Below are positions 27,301 through 38,002 of a stretch of 64,000 nucleotides of DNA, one piece after another. Every line of letters starts with the position of its first letter. The stretch's first letter is position 1. Both the position numbers and the translations under genes were made by a program. This DNA is from Dehalococcoidia bacterium. GTDB lineage: Bacteria > Chloroflexota > Dehalococcoidia > Bin125. The stretch covers positions 367,583 to 431,582 of the forward strand of contig OZ241849.1 of assembly GCA_965203165.1 (NCBI GenBank), in the 5' to 3' direction. Under the pieces are notes generated by a model. The model searched no databases. It was not told the origin of the DNA and saw only the letters and a program-made list of their open reading frames with translations.

Positions 27301-28200
27301 TCCCGTCACACTCACGCCCCTCACCTCCGCCACACCCCCGCGCCACCTCCATCACACCCGCGCACCCACCTCCGCCACACCCGCACACCCACCTCCGTCA
27401 CACCCGCACACCCACCTCCGTCACACCCGCGCTTGCCGCGGGTATCCCGCCGCAGCAGGCACCAAGCCCCACCCCACCTCCACACCCTACACAGACCCCT
27501 ACCCGCCTCTGTCGTTCCCGCGCGCCACACCTCCGTCACACTCACGTCCCCCACCTCCGTCACACCGCGCTCCACTTCCGTCATACCCGCGCACCCACCT
27601 CCGTCACACCCGCGCGAGCAAGATCCGTCATACCCGCGCTTGCCGCGGGTATCTCGCCGCAGCAAGCACCAAGCCCCGCCCCACCTCCACACCCTGCACA
27701 GACCCCTACCCGCCTCCATCACACCCGCACACCTCACTCCGTCACACCCGCGCGAGCAAGATCCGTCATACCCGCGCTTGCCGCGGGTATCTCGCCGCAG
27801 CGAGCACCAAGCCCCACCCCACCTCCACACCCTGCACAAACCCCTTGCCCTACCTCCATTACACCCGCGCCACACCTCCGTCACACCCGCACACCTCACT
27901 CCGTCACACCCACGCGCCACACCTCCGTCACACCCGCGCGAGCAAGATCCGTCATACCCGCGCTTGCCGCGGGTATCTCGCCGCAGCAGACACCAAGCCC
28001 CGCCCCACCTCCACACCCTGCACAGACCCCCTACCCGCCTCCACCCTTCCCGCGCCCACACCTCCGTCATACCCCGCACACCTCACTCCGTCACACCCGC
28101 GCGCCCCACCTCCGTCATACCCGCGCTTGCCGCGGGTATCTCGCCGTAGCAGGCACCAAGCCACGCCCCCTCCGCACCCTGCACAGACCCCCTCCCCGCG
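27301..28200 (+). repeat. tandem palindromic repeat array 3
   Basis: 5 cores plus numerous CTCCGTCACACCCGC half-sites; C-rich. Confidence 0.9.
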
Positions 28201-28214
28201 CCGGGGTGGGCGCG

Positions 28215-29516
28215 CTAGCCCGCGGCGGCCGGGGCGGCGGCGCTGCGGCGGTGGACTTTGATCGGGAGTTGCTTGAGGCCGCGCAGGACGATGTTCTGCT
28301 TGTAGCGGGGGCGAGTGGAGCCGAGCTGGATGTCGTCGAAGCGTTCGAGCAGGACTTCAAAGGCGATTTTGCCTTCGAGGCGTGCGAGCGGGGCGCCGAG
28401 GCAGTGGTGGATGCCGCGTCCGAAGGAGATGTTGCCAGGCTCTTCGCGGGTGACGTCGAGCTGTTCGGGGCGCTCGAATTCTTCGGGGTCGCGGTTTGCG
28501 CCGCCGATCAGCAGCATGACGCGCGAGCCCTTGCGGGCGGTCTTGCCGCCGAACGGGACGTCTTCGAGCACGGTGCGGGTGTCGACCTGGACGGGGGAGT
28601 CGTAGCGGAGCAGTTCTTCGATGGCGTTGGGGATCAGTTCGGGCTGTTCGCGCAGCAGTTGGAGTTGTTCGGGGTGTTGGAGCAGGGCGCGCATGCCGTT
28701 GCCGATCAGGTTGGTGGTGGTTTCGTTGCCGGCGACGAGCAGCAGGCGCAGGGTGACCTGCATTTCGTCGGTGCTGAGGTGGTCGCCCTCTTCTTCGGCT
28801 TCGATCAGGCGGGAGACGAGGTCGTCGCGCATGTCGTCGCGGCGCTGCTCGATGATGCGCGAGAAGTAGTCCTCGAAGATGTCGGCGGTTTCCATGACGA
28901 GCCGGCCTTCTTCAGGGGTGAGGTTGGGTTCGAGCACGCGGGCGAAGTTGTCGGACCAGATTTTGAAGCGGTCGCGGTCTTCGGTGGGGACGCCGATCAT
29001 TTCGGCGATCACGACGGTGGGCAGCAGCGTGGCGAGGTTGGACATGAGGTCGAACTCGTCCTGGCCCTCGACTTCGTCGAGCAGGGCGTGCGCGGTGGCG
29101 CGGATGTGGTCTTCCATTTTGGCGATCTGGCGGGGGGTGAAGGCGCGGCTGACCAGCCCGCGCAGGCGGGTGTGGTCGGGCGGGTCGAGGCTGAGGATGC
29201 TGGGCGTGAGTTGGCCGCGGGTGTCTTCGCTGCGCAGGCCGGTCTGCTCGCCCTTGCGCTGGTCGTTGCTGAAGCGCTTCCAGTCGCGCAGGACTTCGTC
29301 GACGTCCTCGTAGCGGGAGATGACGAGCGCGCCGGTCAGCGGGCTGCGGTGGTAGGGGTCTTTTTCGCGCAGCTTGCGGTAGGTGGGGTAGGGGTCGTCG
29401 ACGAAGCCGTCGGCGAGGGGGTACCAGACGACGCCGCTCTGGAGCCATTCCTGCGCGAGCTTGGCGCGGATGTAGGCGGGCGCGATTGCGTTGCGGAGCA
29501 GCTCTTTGACAGCCAT
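28215..29516 (-). CDS. cytochrome P450
   Basis: DPPDHTRLR, AGNETT, EELLR, FGRGIHHCLG heme motif. Confidence 0.96.
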   Translation of the reverse strand: MAVKELLRNAIAPAYIRAKLAQEWLQSGVVWYPLADGFVDDPYPTYRKLREKDPYHRSPLTGALVISRYEDVDEVLRDWKRFSNDQRKGEQTGLRSEDTRGQLTPSILSLDPPDHTRLRGLVSRAFTPRQIAKMEDHIRATAHALLDEVEGQDEFDLMSNLATLLPTVVIAEMIGVPTEDRDRFKIWSDNFARVLEPNLTPEEGRLVMETADIFEDYFSRIIEQRRDDMRDDLVSRLIEAEEEGDHLSTDEMQVTLRLLLVAGNETTTNLIGNGMRALLQHPEQLQLLREQPELIPNAIEELLRYDSPVQVDTRTVLEDVPFGGKTARKGSRVMLLIGGANRDPEEFERPEQLDVTREEPGNISFGRGIHHCLGAPLARLEGKIAFEVLLERFDDIQLGSTRPRYKQNIVLRGLKQLPIKVHRRSAAAPAAAG

Positions 29517-29540
29517 TGTGGTTCCTTTCGCGGCGGCGCG

Positions 29541-30854
29541 TCAGTCGGCGGGGTGTTCCCAGTCGACCATGATCACGTCGCACTCTTGCCCGGTGTGGAC
29601 GCGCTCGGCGTCTTCGGGACAGACAGCGTAGCCGTTGGCGAGCGCCATTGAGGTGAGCACGCCGGAGCCCTGCGGGCCGGTCAGGCGGGCGTGCCAGCGG
29701 CCGTCGGAGTCAAGCGTCATCGTGGCGCGAGCGTAGACGCGGCGGGCGTCGGTGTTGACGATGTCGTCATCGGCGATGGCGCGGACGATTGGGCGGGGCT
29801 GCGGCTCGCGGCCCATCAGCTTCTGGATCGCGAGGCGGCCGAAGAGTTCAAAGGCGAGCAGCGAGGAGACGGGGTTGCCGGGCAGTCCGATGTGGGGCAC
29901 GCGGCGGCCGTCGGGCGCGGCGAAGCGTCCGAAGGCGAGCGGTTTGCCGGGTTTCATGCGCACGGTCCAGAAGTCGATCGCGCCCTCGCGGGCGAGCACC
30001 TCTTTGACGACGTCGAAGTCGCCGCGCGAGACGCCGGCGGAGGTGATCAGCAGGTCGGCGTCGGCGAGCGCTTCGTTGATTGCGTCGGTCAGCGCTTCGA
30101 TGGTGTCGCTTGCGATGCCGGCGCGTTTGGGGACGCCGCCGTACTGCTCGACGAGCGCGCTGAGTCCGTAGGAGTTGGAGTCGTAGATTTTGCCGGGCGC
30201 GGGCGGCTGGCCGGGCGAGAGCAGCTCGTCGCCGGTGGAGAGGATCGCGACGCGGGGGCGGGCGACGACCTGGGCCTGGGCGACGCCGAGCGAGGCGAGC
30301 ACGGCGATTTCGGGGCCGCGCAGGACCGCGCCGCGTTCGAGCACGCGGTCGCCCTGGCGCACATCTTCGCCGCGGCGGCGAATGTTCGCGCCGGGCGCGG
30401 CGGCTTTGAGGATGCCCACCTCGGCGATCGCGGCACGCTCGTCGTGCGCCTGGCCGGGCGCGCGCAGGCCCTGCTCGTCGGTCTCCTCGAAGGGGACGAT
30501 CGTGTCCGCGCCGTCGGGCATGGGCGCGCCGGTCATGATTCGCACGGCTTCGCCGGCACCGACCGCGCCGTCGTAGAGGTAGCCCGCGGCCAGCTCGCCG
30601 ATCACGCGCAGCCGCACAGGGGCGTCCTGCGCCGCGGCAGCGGTGCTCGCGGATTGCACGGCGTAGCCGTCCATCGCGGTGTTGTCGTGCGGCGGGATGT
30701 CGAACGGTGCGACGATGCGCTCGGCGAGCACCTGGCCGACGGCGTCGACGATCGGGCGGGTTTCGGCGGGCAGCGGCTCGCAGAGGTCGAGGATGCGCCG
30801 CAGCGCGTCTTCGACGGGCAGCATGTCGACCGGGGGTTCGGTCGGACGCGGCAT
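29541..30854 (-). CDS. moeA: molybdopterin molybdotransferase
   Basis: AMDGYAV, IMTGAP, STGDEL, MKPGKP, LPGNPVS. Confidence 0.95.
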   Translation of the reverse strand: MPRPTEPPVDMLPVEDALRRILDLCEPLPAETRPIVDAVGQVLAERIVAPFDIPPHDNTAMDGYAVQSASTAAAAQDAPVRLRVIGELAAGYLYDGAVGAGEAVRIMTGAPMPDGADTIVPFEETDEQGLRAPGQAHDERAAIAEVGILKAAAPGANIRRRGEDVRQGDRVLERGAVLRGPEIAVLASLGVAQAQVVARPRVAILSTGDELLSPGQPPAPGKIYDSNSYGLSALVEQYGGVPKRAGIASDTIEALTDAINEALADADLLITSAGVSRGDFDVVKEVLAREGAIDFWTVRMKPGKPLAFGRFAAPDGRRVPHIGLPGNPVSSLLAFELFGRLAIQKLMGREPQPRPIVRAIADDDIVNTDARRVYARATMTLDSDGRWHARLTGPQGSGVLTSMALANGYAVCPEDAERVHTGQECDVIMVDWEHPAD

Positions 30855-30868
30855 CGGGGCGGTCCTCG

Positions 30869-31129
30869 CTAGCTGCTCTCGCTGACCTGGATGGTCAGGC
30901 AGGTGGTGGTGCGCTTGACGCCGGGGACGGTCTGGATCGAGTCGGTGATGCAGTTGCCGAGCTGCTCGAGGTCCGCGGCGCTGACCAGGCAGATCACGTC
31001 GAAGGGGCCGGTGACCAGCTCGACGGACTTGACATCGCCGTGGGTGCGGGAGAGCGCGCGCAGCGCGATGGCGACCTGCTTGGCGGTGCCGACGTCGGTT
31101 TCGATCAGGACATAACTGTTGACGGCCAT
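30869..31129 (-). CDS. Lrp/AsnC ligand-binding domain protein
   Basis: YVLI, VTGPFDVI, GVKRTTT. Confidence 0.85.
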   Translation of the reverse strand: MAVNSYVLIETDVGTAKQVAIALRALSRTHGDVKSVELVTGPFDVICLVSAADLEQLGNCITDSIQTVPGVKRTTTCLTIQVSESS

Positions 31130-31244
31130 TCGCGCCTCCGCTCGTTGGCGATTGTTGGGCGGAACGCTCCGAGTGCGTTCTGCGTCTGACTCAAGCTTAT
31201 CAGCGCAGGTCGGCGCGCACGGGCGCTAGAGACTGTTCACACTT

Positions 31245-31557
31245 CCGCATACCCGCACCCCCTCTCCCGCCATACCCGCGCGAGCAAGATCCGTCATACC
31301 CGCGCTCGCCGCGGGTATCTCGCCGCGCCGAGCACCAAGCCCCACGCGCACCCCCTCCCTCCCTCCGCCACACCCCCGCCCCCTCTCCCGCCATACCCGC
31401 GCTTGCCGCGGGTATCTCGCCGCGCTGAGCACCAAGCCCCCCACGCACCCCCTACCTCCCTCCGTCATACCCGTGCTCGCCTCTCCCGTCATACCCGCGC
31501 TTGCCGCGGGTATCTCGCCGCGCCGAACACCAAGCCCCATTCCTGCCTGCGCAGGAA
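31245..31557 (+). repeat. tandem palindromic repeat array 4 (~98-bp period), ending in a TTCCTGCCTGCGCAGGAAT element
   Basis: 3 cores near 31296, 31394 and 31491. Confidence 0.88.
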
Positions 31558-31643
31558 TAACGAAATTGCGAGCACGCCCGCGGTCGCGCTTCCGTATTGG
31601 ATGACGCACCCGCCGTCGGGGCTTACCCTGAATTGCGGCAATC

Positions 31644-32684
31644 ATGAGCGACACGAGCGACGCACCGGAGATCGCCGCGCTGCGGCAGGAGGCCGAGGCC
31701 GCGCTGGGCGGCGCGGGCGACGCCAACGCCGTGGAGCGCTGGCGAGTCGACTGGCTGGGCCGCAAAGGGCGGCTCACGGCGCTGCTGCGCGGGGTGCGCG
31801 AGCTGCCCGACGATCAGCGTCCGCAAGTCGGGGCCGCCGCCAACCGACTCAAGGCGGCGCTGCAAACAGCGCACGACGCGCGTCTCGAAGCGCTGCGCGC
31901 CGCGCAGCCGCAGGACGCGGCGTCGATTGATGTGACACTGCCGGGTCGGCGCCCGCCGCAGGGGACGCTGCACCCGATCACGATCACGCGGCGGCTGATG
32001 GAGCGCACCTTCCGCGATATGGGGTTTGACGTGGTCGAGGGCCCCGATGTGGAGTTGGAGCTGTACAACTTCGACCGCCTGCGCATCCCCGCGGATCATC
32101 CGGCGCGCGAGATGTGGGACACGATCTGGATCGCGGACGATGAGGCAGACGGCGGGGTGGGCGGGCCGCGCAAGCTGCTGCGCACGCATACCTCGCCAAT
32201 GCAGATCCGCTATCTGGAACGGCGCAAGCCGCCGATTCGGGTGATCGTGCCGGGCGCCTGCTACCGCTACGAGGCGGTCGACGCGACGCATGAGTGGATG
32301 CTCTCGCAGTTCGAGGGGCTGGTAATCGACGAGGGCCTGTCGTTCGCGCACCTCAAGGGCACGCTGGAGTCGTTCGTGCAGCGGCTGTTCGGCTCGGCGA
32401 TCGAGACGCGCTTCCGCTGCGACTACTTCCCGTTCGTGGAGCCGGGCGCGGAGCTGGCGATTCGCTGGCAGGGCGACTGGCTGGAGGTGCTGGGCTGCGG
32501 GATGGTACACCGCGAGATCATCGAGCAGGCCGGGCTGGACTCGGATCGCTATACGGGGTTCGCCTTCGGGATCGGGGTCGAGCGGGTCGCGATGCTGCGC
32601 TACGGCGTGAGCGATATCCGCTCGTTCTACGCCAACGATCTGCGTTTTCTGGAGCGCTTCCGCGGCTCGGACGGGAGCAGCTGA
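31644..32684 (+). CDS. pheS: phenylalanine-tRNA ligase alpha subunit
   Basis: HPAREMWDT, LRTHTS, YFPFVEP, GFAFGIGVER. Confidence 0.97.
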   Translation: MSDTSDAPEIAALRQEAEAALGGAGDANAVERWRVDWLGRKGRLTALLRGVRELPDDQRPQVGAAANRLKAALQTAHDARLEALRAAQPQDAASIDVTLPGRRPPQGTLHPITITRRLMERTFRDMGFDVVEGPDVELELYNFDRLRIPADHPAREMWDTIWIADDEADGGVGGPRKLLRTHTSPMQIRYLERRKPPIRVIVPGACYRYEAVDATHEWMLSQFEGLVIDEGLSFAHLKGTLESFVQRLFGSAIETRFRCDYFPFVEPGAELAIRWQGDWLEVLGCGMVHREIIEQAGLDSDRYTGFAFGIGVERVAMLRYGVSDIRSFYANDLRFLERFRGSDGSS

Positions 32685-35071
32685 TGCGGGTCCCGCTGGA
32701 CTGGCTCGCAGAGTACGTCGAGCTGCGGCTGCCGCCGGAGCAGCTGGCGCATCGGCTCTCGATGGCGGGCGCGGAGGTCGAATCGATCGAGCGCAGCGGC
32801 GGCGACTGGGGGCAGATCGTGGTGGGGCGGGTGATCGAGGTCGCGCCGCACCCCAACGCGGATCGCCTGCGTCTGGCACAGGTCGACTACGGGGAGGCGG
32901 AGCCGCAGACGGTGGTCTGCGGCGCGCCCAATCTGGCGCAGGGGCAGACGATCGCGTTCGCGCAGGTCGGCGCGCAGCTGCGCGATCCGCAGACGCGCGA
33001 GCTGCGCAAGCTGCGGCGCAGCAAAATCCGCGGCGTCGAGTCGCGCGGGATGATCTGCTCGGAGCGCGAATTGGGCATCTCCGACGAGCACGAGGGCATC
33101 CTGGTGCTCGACAACGGCGCTCCTCTGGGCGCGCCGCTGGCCGACGTGCTGGGCGAAGCGGCGCTCGAGATCAAGCCGACGCCCAACCGTCCGGATCACT
33201 TCAGCGTGCTGGGCATCGCGCGGGAGGTCGCGGCGCTGACGGGCGGCGCGGTGCGCGAGCCGGCGGAGGACTACGCCGAGTCGGGGCCGCCGGTCGGCGA
33301 GCGCACGAGCGTGACGATCGAGGATGCGGTCGGCTGTCCGCGCTACACGGCGATCGTGATCGAGGGAGTGAATGTCGGGCCGTCGCCAGAGTGGCTCCAG
33401 CAAGCCGTGATCGCGGCGGGGATGCGGCCGATCAACAACGTGGTGGATGTGACCAACTACGTGCTGATGGAGTACGGGCAGCCGCTGCACGCCTTCGACC
33501 AGGCGCGGCTGCGCGAGGGGCGAATCGTGGTGCGCCGGGCGCGCGCGGGAGAGACGTTGCGGCTGCTCGACGGGGCGCTGCTCGAACTGTCCGAAGCGGA
33601 TCTGGTGATCGCCGACGCGGAGCGTCCGGTGGCGCTGGCGGGAATCATGGGCGGCGCGGAGAGCGAGGTGGGCGAAGCGACGACGACGGTGCTGCTGGAG
33701 ACGGCGACCTTCGAGGCGGGCACGATCCGCCGCAGCGCGGCGCGGCACAAGCTGCGCACCGAGGCCAGCCTGCGCTTCGAAAAAGCGCTCAACCCCGAAC
33801 TCGCGCTGTCGGCGGCGCGGCGCGCCGCGCGGCTGATCATCGAAACCGCGGGCGGCGCCGCCTGCGCAGGCGTCGAAGATCAGTATCCCGGCCGGGTTCA
33901 CTCGCCGCAGATCACCGTTTCGGTCGAGCGCATCCGCCAAATTTTGGGCGTCGAACCGCCCGTCGAGCGGGTGCGCGGCGTGCTCAGCGCGCTGGGCGTC
34001 CCCAATCGCTGGCTGCCCCCAAACCGCTACGCCGTCAGCTGCCCGCCCTGGCGCTCGGATATCCGAATCGACGATGACGTTGTGGAGGAGATTGGGCGGA
34101 TCATTGGCTACGACGAGTTGCCGGCTGCGCCGCTGGCCGGCGGGTTGCCGGAGCCCGAACGCGATCCGCAGCGGCTCTTCGCCGAGCGGCTGCGCGATGT
34201 GGTCAGCGCGCTCGGCTTCCATGAGGTGATCAGCTACGCGACGGCCGCCGCGGCGGAGCAGCCGCCCGAGGCGCTGCGGCTGGAGAATCCGATGAACGCC
34301 GAGCAGGATCGGCTGCGCAACACGCTGCGGCCGGGCCTGCTGCGCACGCTCGCGCGCAACCGCTCGGCGCAGCGCGACGCCGTGCAGCTCTTCCAGCTGG
34401 GCAAGGTCTGGCATCCGCGGCCCGGCAAGCTGCCCGACGAGCCCGTAATGCTGGCGCTGGCGATGTCGGGCGCGACGGCGGCGTCGGTGCATGGCGAGGC
34501 GTCGCGCCCGTTGGACTTCTTCGACGCCAAAGGGGCGCTGGAGCGGATCGCGGAGGGGATCGGGGTGACAATCGAGGCGCGGGCGCACGACGGGACGGAC
34601 GCCGATTTCGTGGCGGGGCAGAGCGCGGATCTGAGCGTCGGCGGACAGGTGGTGGGGCGGCTGGGGCTGGTCGCGCCCGCGCTGGTAGAGCGCTTCGACC
34701 TCGATCCGCGCACCTGGTTGATCGACCTCGCCGTCGCGCCGCTCGCCGAGGCCGCGGCCGAAGCGGACCGGGCCGCGGCAACGCTCTCGCCCTTCCCGCC
34801 CGCGGTGGAAGATCTCGCGCTGATCGTCGACGCCGATCAGCCGGCCGGCGAGATCGCCGCGGCGATCAGCGATCAGCCGCTGGTCGAATCGGCCACGCTC
34901 TTCGATGTCTACGTGGGCGACCCCGTGCCGCCCGGCCGCAAGTCGCTCGCCTGGCGGGTCGTCTACCGCGCGCCCGACCGCACGCTCCAGGAGCGCGATG
35001 TGGGCCGCGCCCGAAACGGGATCGTGCGCCGCCTCGAGCGCCAGTTCAAGGCCCAACTCCGCGACCAGTAA
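32684..35071 (+). CDS. pheT: phenylalanine-tRNA ligase beta subunit
   Basis: HPNADRL, VCGAPN, TPNRPD, INNVVDVTNY, GQPLHAFD, FDX-ACB C-terminus. Confidence 0.96.
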   Translation: MRVPLDWLAEYVELRLPPEQLAHRLSMAGAEVESIERSGGDWGQIVVGRVIEVAPHPNADRLRLAQVDYGEAEPQTVVCGAPNLAQGQTIAFAQVGAQLRDPQTRELRKLRRSKIRGVESRGMICSERELGISDEHEGILVLDNGAPLGAPLADVLGEAALEIKPTPNRPDHFSVLGIAREVAALTGGAVREPAEDYAESGPPVGERTSVTIEDAVGCPRYTAIVIEGVNVGPSPEWLQQAVIAAGMRPINNVVDVTNYVLMEYGQPLHAFDQARLREGRIVVRRARAGETLRLLDGALLELSEADLVIADAERPVALAGIMGGAESEVGEATTTVLLETATFEAGTIRRSAARHKLRTEASLRFEKALNPELALSAARRAARLIIETAGGAACAGVEDQYPGRVHSPQITVSVERIRQILGVEPPVERVRGVLSALGVPNRWLPPNRYAVSCPPWRSDIRIDDDVVEEIGRIIGYDELPAAPLAGGLPEPERDPQRLFAERLRDVVSALGFHEVISYATAAAAEQPPEALRLENPMNAEQDRLRNTLRPGLLRTLARNRSAQRDAVQLFQLGKVWHPRPGKLPDEPVMLALAMSGATAASVHGEASRPLDFFDAKGALERIAEGIGVTIEARAHDGTDADFVAGQSADLSVGGQVVGRLGLVAPALVERFDLDPRTWLIDLAVAPLAEAAAEADRAAATLSPFPPAVEDLALIVDADQPAGEIAAAISDQPLVESATLFDVYVGDPVPPGRKSLAWRVVYRAPDRTLQERDVGRARNGIVRRLERQFKAQLRDQ

Positions 35072-35118
35072 GCCGCCTGTTCCACGCTTCTCTCAAACCC
35101 TGCCACTCGCCCCCTCTT

Positions 35119-35890
35119 TCCGTCATACCCGCGCAAAATCAGCCCCGTCATACCCGCGCAAGGCCAGATCCGTCATACCCGCGCAAGGCCAGATCCGTCA
35201 TACCCGCGCTCGCCGCGGGTATCTCGCCGCGCTACGCACCAAGCCCCGCTCCCGCCTCCCACACTCCGCACGCACCCTCTCCGTCATACCCGCGCAAAAC
35301 CAGCCCCGTCATACCTGCGCAAGGCCAGATCCGTCATACCCGCGCTCGCCGCGGGTATCTCGCCGCGCTGCGCACCAAGCCCCGCTCCCGCCTCCCACAC
35401 TCCGTACGCACCCTCTCCGTCACACCCGCGCAAGGCCAGCTCCGTCATACCCGCGCTCGCCGCGGGTATCTCGCCGCGCTGCGCACCAAGCCCCGCTCCC
35501 GCCTTCCACACTCCACACGCACCCTCTCCGTCATACCCGCGCAAAATCAGCCCCGTCATACCCGCGCTCGCCGCGGGTATCTCGTCGCGCTGCGCACCAA
35601 GCCCCGTTCCCGCCTCCCATCTCTGCACACACCCTCTCCGTCATACCCGCGCAAGGCCAGCCCCGTCATACCCGCGCTCGCCGCGGGTATCTCGCCGCGC
35701 TGCGCACCAAGCCCCGCTCCCGCCTTTCACACTCCGCACCCAACCTCTCCGTCACACCCGCGCAAGGCCAGCCCCGTCATACCCGCGCTCGCCGCGGGTA
35801 TCTCGCCGCGCTGCGCACCAAGCCCCGCTCCCGCCTCCCACACTCCGCACGCACCCTCTCCGTCATACCCGCGCGCGCAGGTATGACGGA
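35119..35890 (+). repeat. tandem palindromic repeat array 5 (~111-bp period)
   Basis: 6 cores; closes with GGTATGACGG. Confidence 0.92.
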
Positions 35891-35937
35891 GAGGGGCGGA
35901 GGCTGCGTGCGTGGGGTTGTTTTGCGTGAGGTCAGTG

Positions 35938-35964
35938 CTGGCACTCTTCTGACAAGAGTGACAG
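35938..35964. promoter_or_regulatory. CIRCE-like operator 1 (HrcA site)
   Basis: CTGGCACTC-TTCTGACAA-GAGTGACAG versus consensus TTAGCACTC-N9-GAGTGCTAA. Confidence 0.7.
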
Positions 35965-36020
35965 ATTTCACGATTGGAGTGTGGCTCAGGATACAGATCG
36001 ACCTTGCGCCCGACTGTCGC

Positions 36021-36047
36021 CTAGCACTCTCGCCAGGAGAGTGCTAG
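36021..36047. promoter_or_regulatory. CIRCE operator 2 (HrcA site)
   Basis: CTAGCACTC-TCGCCAGGA-GAGTGCTAG, a perfect 9-bp inverted repeat with 9-nt spacer. Confidence 0.85.
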
Positions 36048-36096
36048 GATTGCCCCAGTCGGTAGTTCTGACCGAACAGAGCGAGAGGAACTGATC

Positions 36097-36597
36097 ATGA
36101 CCCACACTCCGATCCAGCAGCACGCCGCTTCGGCGATCGTGGACCGCATCTTCGACGCCGCCGACCACCTCGAGCTGGCCGCGGCCTTCTACGACGCGCA
36201 GAGCCTGCCGCCGGTCGATCTGCGCCGCGCGATGCGCGCGCTGGCGCGGCGCGAGGGCGCGGCGGCGATCGACGAGCGCAACAGCACCGCGCTGATGCGC
36301 CTGCGCGCCTGGCTCGCGCTCGAAATCGAGGAGGCCCGGGTTGTTGCCCGCGCCTTCGACGACGCCTTCATCGACCTGCCGGAAGGCTGGCGCGAGCGCT
36401 CGCGCGAGATCGAGTTCTCGGTGATCATCAACGGGCTGCACGCCCGCGAGTTCCGCCGGCTGTCCCGCGTCCTGCCCTGGCTGCGCGACAGCTCCGGGGC
36501 CGGCTGGCTGCTCGACCACCTGCCCGACGCCGATCCCGCCGACGCGCTGTCCGACGCCACCGGCCAGCCGCAGCTGGCGGTCTCCGCCGCGTCCTGA
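36097..36597 (+). CDS. hypothetical protein downstream of CIRCE sites
   Basis: GAGAGG RBS; C/G-ending codons like neighbouring genes; no family recognised. Confidence 0.7.
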   Translation: MTHTPIQQHAASAIVDRIFDAADHLELAAAFYDAQSLPPVDLRRAMRALARREGAAAIDERNSTALMRLRAWLALEIEEARVVARAFDDAFIDLPEGWRERSREIEFSVIINGLHAREFRRLSRVLPWLRDSSGAGWLLDHLPDADPADALSDATGQPQLAVSAAS

Positions 36598-36637
36598 TTT
36601 CGCGCTGGATGGAACTGAAGGCCCGACGGAACGCCGC

Positions 36638-37006
36638 TCAGGCGGCCTGCGCCGCTTCCGCAGCTTGCGCCTGCCGTACCAGCGCCGCGAACCCCTCCGG
36701 GTCGTGCAGCGCCAACTCCGCCAGGACTTTGCGGTCGATCTCGATCTCGGCCTGCTTCAGGCCGTGCATCAGCCGACTGTAGGAGACGCCGTGCAGCCGC
36801 GCGGCGGCGTTGATCCGCTGAATCCAGATGCGCCGCATGTCGCCCTTGCGCTCGCGCCGATGGGCGTAGGCGTAGCTCAGCGCGTGCAGGCGCGACTCCG
36901 AGGCGCGGCGGTAGAGCCGGTTGCGTACGCCGTGATGCCCTTTGGTCTGGCGCAGCACCTTCTTGTGGCGGCGGCGCTCGCGCGGTCCGCCCTTAACTCG
37001 CGGCAT
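36638..37006 (-). CDS. rplT: 50S ribosomal protein L20
   Basis: MPRVKGG, WIQRINAAAR, IDRKVLAELA. Confidence 0.97.
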   Translation of the reverse strand: MPRVKGGPRERRRHKKVLRQTKGHHGVRNRLYRRASESRLHALSYAYAHRRERKGDMRRIWIQRINAAARLHGVSYSRLMHGLKQAEIEIDRKVLAELALHDPEGFAALVRQAQAAEAAQAA

Positions 37007-37041
37007 GGTCTGATCCTCCCCAATGCGTCCGGGCGCGTCGG

Positions 37042-37248
37042 CTACGGCGAGCCGTAGGGCAGCAGTCGCCGCGCGCGGCGGCGGTCGCCGCGCCGCGCGA
37101 CCTCGTGCATGCGCTGTTGCAGGCGCAGCGTGGCCTTGCGCTTCTTCTGCTTGTTGTGGCCGCGGTAGCTCTTCATCCTCAGCACCTTGCCGGTGCGGGT
37201 GATGCGGAGGCGCTTGGCCGCGCCTTTGTGCGTCTTCATCTTGGGCAT
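37042..37248 (-). CDS. rpmI: 50S ribosomal protein L35
   Basis: MPKMKTHKGAAKR. Confidence 0.96.
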   Translation of the reverse strand: MPKMKTHKGAAKRLRITRTGKVLRMKSYRGHNKQKKRKATLRLQQRMHEVARRGDRRRARRLLPYGSP

Positions 37249-37309
37249 GTGGGCACCGCGCTTCGAGTTGGAGCCGTTCGGCTGTCGTTCAGCGTATGGC
37301 GGGATCGGC

Positions 37310-38002
37310 TCACGCGCCAGCGGTCTCGGCGGCTTCAGCCGCCTCGGGCTGCTCGGGGGCGGCTTCAGCGGTTTCTTCGGCGGCCTCCTCGGCAGCTTGA
37401 CGGGCGCGGGCTTCGAGCTTGGGCTTGTCGGCGGCGACGATGACGGACATGAAGCGGCCTTCGGTGGAGATCGGCTTCTCGCGCACGATCGGCATACCGT
37501 CCTGGTCCAGCGCGCTCAGCATTTCCTCGATACGCTCAACCCCGATCTCGCGGTGCGTGATCTCGCGGCCGCGGAATTGGACGGAGATTTTGACCTTGTC
37601 GCCGGCTTCGAGGAAGCGCGAGGCGCGCTTGCGCTTGGCGTCCATATCGCTGCGGCCGATGTTGGGCCGCATCTTGATTTCGTGCAGGGAGGCGCCCTTT
37701 TGACGCTTGCGGCCCTCGCGCTCGCGCTTGGACTGTTCGTATTTGAACTTGCCGTAGTCGAGCATGCGCACGACGGGAGGGCGCGCGTCGGGGGCGACTT
37801 CAACCAAGTCCAAGCCTTGCGCGCTCGCAAGGTCAAGGGCCTGCCGTGTGGGCATCACGCCGAGCTGGGTGCCGTCGTCGCTGATCACGCGCACTTCGGG
37901 GACGCGGATCGCATCGTTGGTGCGCTGTTCACGAGTCGCCAGAGGTGGCCTCCTTGCCGCGGCCCGCGCGGATGGTTCGGCGGGCGTCCGTGTGGCTGGC
38001 AA
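37310..38002 (-). CDS. infC: translation initiation factor IF-3 (start uncertain)
   Basis: IRVPEVRVI, LDLVEVAP, DYGKFKYE, FRGRE. Confidence 0.94.
   Translation of the reverse strand: MPATRTPAEPSARAAARRPPLATREQRTNDAIRVPEVRVISDDGTQLGVMPTRQALDLASAQGLDLVEVAPDARPPVVRMLDYGKFKYEQSKREREGRKRQKGASLHEIKMRPNIGRSDMDAKRKRASRFLEAGDKVKISVQFRGREITHREIGVERIEEMLSALDQDGMPIVREKPISTEGRFMSVIVAADKPKLEARARQAAEEAAEETAEAAPEQPEAAEAAETAGA

Noticed and set aside
27251-28261. Long ORFs across repeat arrays (e.g. VIPALAAGISP / SYPRLPRVSRR translations, also at 12826, 34905, 40004, 46924, 60272)
   Set aside because: Translations of stop-poor non-coding repeats, open in several frames, with no RBS or family signal
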